Positions 58,325-64,000 of a stretch of 64,000 bases of DNA are shown piece by piece. The notes under the pieces were generated by a model. It made no database searches, had not been told where the DNA came from, and was given only the letters and a program-made list of their open reading frames with translations. The stretch lies in assembly GCF_009914755.1 (NCBI RefSeq), contig NC_060927.1. One strand, written 5' to 3'. Numbering within the stretch: the first letter of the stretch is position 1; each line of letters begins with the position of its first letter. Both the position numbers and the translations under genes were made by a program. The stretch is from the human T2T-CHM13v2.0 reference genome, Homo sapiens.

Positions 58325-60686
58325 GACACTAAATGGCATTGAAGCAATAGACTGAATCAGATAGTGCCAACTGTAGTACTCACAGTATCCTTGGGTGAAA
58401 CAAATGAGTGTAAGAGGGCTATCTCCCATTTACTGTGAAACACACAGCCCTCCCTGTCTTTTTGGTTCTCCTACTTTCTCCAGGGACATGAATACAAGAA
58501 ATATTTCACCTTAATTACACTGTAAGAAGACTAGCACAAATACAAAATAACAATCAACATTTTATCTTTTCAGGGAACAACAGAGCTTGATGGGACTTAG
58601 GCAAACTTCAAAGTGGGTGCTGGGCAAAAAGGGTTTGGTTGTTACCAGGCCTTAGCTGACTGGTGCAGATCGCAAATAATTATTGTAAGATCTGCTATTT
58701 TTTTTTTCCAAGAGATGTCAGAAATCTGGATTTCTATGTAAACAATCCAATTTTCAAAGCTGGCCACTAATTCAAATTTTTAAAAGTCACATAGGTTTGG
58801 GAAGAAAACATGTTATAGGCCATTTCTGAGTCATGGATCACCATTTTGAGAAGTCTGGGACAACTGGAGAGGTAGACATGCTGAGTGGGGTGGAAATGGG
58901 GAGAAAAAAGCACAGTTAGAACATGATATTGTCATCATCCTTGGAGCATGACCAAAGCAGGTACATTTACACGGTTTCCTATACCAGACAGTAAGTGTCT
59001 GCTAAATCAGAACCATATTCACTTTAGTGTAGTTAAAATGATTATTAGAATGATATGTTGGTAATTTAAATTAATTGCATAATGATCCACCACAGATTAC
59101 AGTAAGTGAAGGAGAAAATAAAAATAAACACTGAGCTGGAACAGATTTGTAGGATGAGCAGAGAATGACAATTCCAGAGAAGTGGTAGATACAGAATTCA
59201 CAAATCCTAGTCTCTCACCCTTTCACTGAAAACATGAAGGGGACTGGCAAAAATATGGCAAAAGTAGTAGTGGTTCTTACAAAAAGAAAAGATTTCAAAT
59301 TTAGAAGCACCGTCTTCAAAAGAATCATCCTTGTTGTCTAGAAATTATTTTATTTATTATAAGCCAAATTGTGATTTTTATACTCCATTAAAATGTTTCA
59401 TAGAGTTTGTTTATAACCTTCAGGCAGGTAGTGATCTCATTCAGTCTTAATTTCTTTATTTGGAAAAGAGTGATAAACACGATGGCTTCTGAAAATTCAA
59501 CTCTATCATTTTATGAGCTTCTATTCCCGGAAGTGATAGTTGTCCCATCACAGGAAGTGATGCTCCACTGGAAAAAGACCACTTAAAAGAAATGCAATTA
59601 AAATAGGGACCAAAAATGTATGCCAAATTGCGAAATGTTTGATTGGAATTTTCTCTCAAAAAATGGGAAGAAAATTACAAAATTTGATTCCAAACTTACC
59701 ATCATTTAGGTTATAAACGCAACTATGCATAAGATGTCAGAATGAACACAGCATGAATCAAGCAGTGATTGATTCTGGACAAGCATATTTTTTTTCTGAC
59801 TAATTTCAGTGGTAGAAGATACCATATCTTTTATTTCGTGTTTGACTCTCACAGTGTGGAAATCAAGAGGGGCACTTCCATGAAAATGTTTGAAGGCTTG
59901 ATCAATTTTCACAAGAGCCTCTCTTTCATCTTTGGTACTTAACTCGTTCTGCTCTGAAGCATTTATCTTGCAATCATTCTTGTCTATTTTTCTCTTAATT
60001 GTTAACCATCTGACTTTACAGGTCCTTATGTGTCAAATGGTTTTATGTTCAATTAGAGCAGCTTTCTCTCTCTTTCATAGGTGTTACAAAATCCTGCATT
60101 TTGGGGGCAAGACTTATTGGATCTACAATTGCTTTTCATTGTTGAAACACAGAATTGACAAATAATCAATAAGGTGCTACCTAACATAGACAGTAGTCTC
60201 TGAGTTTGTGAATAGGGGCTAATTTTGTAAGCAGTCAACTATTAGTAAATATTTTTGTGCTTCCAAGACTTTTCCCTCTCTTACTTAAATAATTCTATGA
60301 TAAAAAACAAACAAATATTCTTTAATTACCTGATTCTTCTCTGCTTGAGTGAGTGTTTTGTGATTCTTCTCCATTGAGTGTGTTACTTACCACACACAGC
60401 ATAAGCTTATTATAGAAAAACTCTAATTTTCTCTTTTCAGTGATAGATGTATTCAATAAACTACTGTTTACTTTCTGAAGTTTATATTTGGGAGAAAAAG
60501 ACAAGAAAATAAACTCATGTATTAGTCTGAACATTCAGTTTTTAGGTATGGACCAAAGTTTGTAGAATTTCAGACCAAACTGCCTGTGCGTTCTCCAATA
60601 ATAAGAATTGAGGCTCAGAATCCAGACATCACACCTGCTTAATTGCATGTGGTCAATTGCATGTCATTATAGAAATACATATATAG

Positions 60687-60688
<2 letters not shown>

Positions 60689-60763
<75 letters not shown>

Positions 60764-60766
60764 TTT
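60689..60766. repeat. Compound microsatellite (GT)16(AT)13(T)20
   Basis: Counted directly; abuts an Alu tail. Confidence 0.97.
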
Positions 60767-61045
60767 GAGACAGGATCTGGCTCTGTTGCCCACACTGGAG
60801 TGCAATGGTGTGATCTTGGTTAACTGGAACCTCTGCCTCCCAGGGGCAAGCTATCCTCCCACCTCAGCCTCCTGAGTAGCTAGAACTACAGGCACACACC
60901 ACCATGCTTGGCTAATTTTTGCATTTTTTGGAGAAATTGGGTTTACTATGTTCCCAGGCTGGTCTTGAACTCCTGGGCTCAAGCAGTCCTCCCAACTTGG
61001 CCTTCCAAAATGCTGGGATTATAGCCGTGAGCCACGACGCCTGGC
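60747..61045 (-). mobile_element. AluJ-type SINE
   Basis: Poly-T, gagacaggatctggctct...cgcctggcc. Confidence 0.93.
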
Positions 61046-61505
61046 CTATAAATAATTTTTAAAGTAAAATATAGATTAAAAATAAAAGCATAGAATAAAC
61101 TAAGAGAAAAAAATTGTAGAAAATCTGCAATGAAATATTTTAAAGAGTTAAAATTAAAACCCTCAAAATCCTTGGATCAGATCCACCCACATGAGGTTCA
61201 CTTTTTAAAGATGAAATGATTTTAAAAAAGTTAGCAAAAGGCCCTCACAACTGGTAATAATAGGACTGGGGCGGAACTGCAAATCACTGCTGGGATACTC
61301 TCTGAATTATAAATTAAAATAGAAGCTACTTTACAATATAATCATTTGTCTAAAACAAGTAGGAATTGCAACCAAAGGGCAAATTGCCCAACAAGAATTG
61401 CCAATTATAATGTGATGTATGAACTTTGTCAGATAGGAACTTGGCCTTCAGAGAAGACGAGTGTCAGCCTGTGGATCACTTCCAGCACTTACAGTCAGGA
61501 GACAG

Positions 61506-61742
61506 CAGGGTTTCTACAGCTTGGCACTATTGGCATCATGGGCTGGAAAATTCTTTCTTGTGGGGGTTGTCCTGTCCACTGCAGTATATTTAGCATCATC
61601 TGTGGCCTCTACCACTAAATGCAGGCAGCACAACTCCTACCTCCATCCTGCCTCCCCACACCAGAAAGTGACAACCAATATGCTCCAGACATCATCAAGA
61701 GTCCCCCAGGCATATAAAATTGCCCCTCCTGTTGAGTACTGC
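61506..61742 (-). mobile_element. MER20 DNA transposon
   Basis: cagggtttct...ggcactattggcat...gtgacaaccaa...ctccagacat...aaaattgcccc...gttgagtactg. Confidence 0.78.
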
Positions 61743-62271
61743 TGGGGCTGGGACTTTTACTTAAGGGTAATATTCACTCTTTTTTAGTGGCTTCTAGAAG
61801 GACTCTTCTAATGTATTTCAACTGAGAACTTCCCAAATTTTTAGTCATCCCAGTACCCTGTTGATGTGTTTTCTCATCATTGTGTACTAATTTTAAGAAC
61901 TTTGATAATTTATATACTACCTGCTCTATTATTTACTTAATATTTCTTAAAGCTATTTCCCTTTATAAATGGAAATAAATTTATTTTAAAAGGAAACATT
62001 TAATCTACTCTCATAAATGGAAGCTCAGCATTAACTAGAAGGTAATTAAAAATATATATACGGACAGCAAAAGTATTAAATTCTAGCTAGATAGTATTGG
62101 CTGCAGAAGTCTCATCATAGCCTAAGGTCTGTGCTCTATTTATTAAACTGGAGAGACTAAAAAGTATTCAATGTGTTGAAGGCACGCTAACATGGAGGAT
62201 GAGAAGTTCTCCTTGTGGTATTCAAAGGATGGGGGTATAAAAAATGTAAGGGAGTGATTTTCTCATTATGT

Positions 62272-62958
62272 TGAAACGGCTTTTGCAAAAATTATAACAG
62301 TGAGAAAATCATGGCAGTGGGGGAGATCTGATCTAGCCAACCCGTCTCCTGCCTTTAGCTTTCAAGCTGCCTTAATTTTTCTTGGGCTTAGGCAGAGCCA
62401 ACTTTGGAAGACGTTTAGGTTATAGTTTAAGTAATAGCCCTTCTCCAAAACTCACCCACCTTTGTGAAGCTAATGAGATACCACCAGGCCAGGGGGAGGA
62501 GAGAAGCCTAAATTCTGCTAAGGTGTAGACTGATCACAAGATATGCAACTTTCCCAATTACTCCTGCAGACAATATCACTATTCTAGATTGGCCTTTTGA
62601 GATATCTTTTCAGGTTTTTACATGTCTGACACCTACAATGATGGCTCCACCTGGACCCACCCACTGCTCCTGTGGCCCCACCCAGAAGCAATTTAGAGTG
62701 CAGGAGGACCATTTTCCACACCCCTATGATTGCACCCCCAACCAATCAGCAGCAATCACCCACTGCCTAGCCACCCCTACCCCTTCCCCTAAACTGCCTT
62801 TGAAAAAACCCAAACCTACAAACCTTCAATGAGATTGATTTGAGTAATAACAATCTCCTGTGTGGTGTGGCTGGCCTGGTGTCAATTAAAGTTTCCTTAC
62901 TGCAATGCCATGGTCTGTATTTGTGCAGCAGGCAGGAAGAACCCATCAGGAGGTTACA
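62272..62958 (+). mobile_element. LTR8A-like ERV1 solo LTR
   Basis: TGAAACGGCTTTTGCAAAAATTATAACAGTGAGAAAAT start; ends caggcaggaagaacccatcaggaGGTTACA. Confidence 0.85.
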
Positions 62959-63380
62959 TGTTAGTCAATGGTATTTAATATCATGTACCACTTAAAAACA
63001 TTTTCAAACAACCAGTGTTTCAATCCCCCATTCTGGGAGATACTTTCCTACTTTATCTGAGAATTTATCTGGTTTGGGTGGGAAGAGTTAGGCACCATGC
63101 ACAAGTTGTTATGTTGAAGTCAGAGCATAATCAGAATTATCTCATGGTTTTTTGATCAAAAAGAGTGTTTGTTAACATCTTGTGTGTTGAGTAGGTTCTG
63201 CTACATAGTCATTGCTGGCATGGCCTCTAGAACAGAACAGTCCTGCTTTGCGACCTAGTCCCTGTGACAGTGGCTGTACCTCTTTGTAAAGCTATCCAGT
63301 ATGGATGACATGAGATAACTTATGTAAAGTAGTTAGCATGCTTGGAACATAGTTGGCACAACAATGCTTTTGAAAAAAAA

Positions 63381-63685
<305 letters not shown>

Positions 63686-64000
63686 AAAAATATATATATA
63701 TATATTTTTTTTAAGTACCAATTTTCAAAAACAAGGTCTGGCTTTCTTCGAGGCTGAGTCTCTAGGCTAGTTAGGAATTTTCTTTGAGGCCAATTCTCTA
63801 GGCTAGTTAGCAATTTTTCATAAAAGTGAATTCTTTGTGTGTTTTTATAAAATGATGAATTATTTCAAATTATCACTATGTAGAAAACTCACAGGCCATT
63901 TCTTCCCTTGACATTTCTAATTTCATTTCTTAGACTCAAGAAGTTTGTGAAGTTCAGTTACAAAGACTTGTCAGGTAGGTAAACGATCTATTTAATAAGG

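Overview
Primate genomic DNA, almost certainly human or a very close great ape. The left 12 kb holds the 5' part of CRBN (cereblon) on the minus strand. Exons 1-4 are complete (67, 107, 203 and 150 coding nt, all GT-AG) and exon 5 is cut by the window start. Spliced, they give about 221 codons matching the cereblon N-terminus and LON-like domain as I recall it ([31 protein letters not shown]...QCSYK). A CpG-island promoter with a near-consensus CTCF motif lies at about 11.7-12.3 kb. The remaining 52 kb upstream contains no protein-coding gene I can recognise and is mostly Alu, L1, L2, MIR, CR1, MaLR/ERV solo LTRs, MER DNA transposons and microsatellites. I found no evidence of a new multi-gene system. 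The most unusual items are small-scale: a local tail-less copy of a neighbouring Alu, an 84-bp polyadenylated retrocopy of an LTR 3' end with target-site duplication, nested inverted Alus around CRBN exon 3, a NAGNAG acceptor, a divergent CTCF pair and a perfect NRF2/MARE site upstream of CRBN. Repeat families were called by eye from remembered consensus sequences, so subfamilies and many boundaries are approximate.
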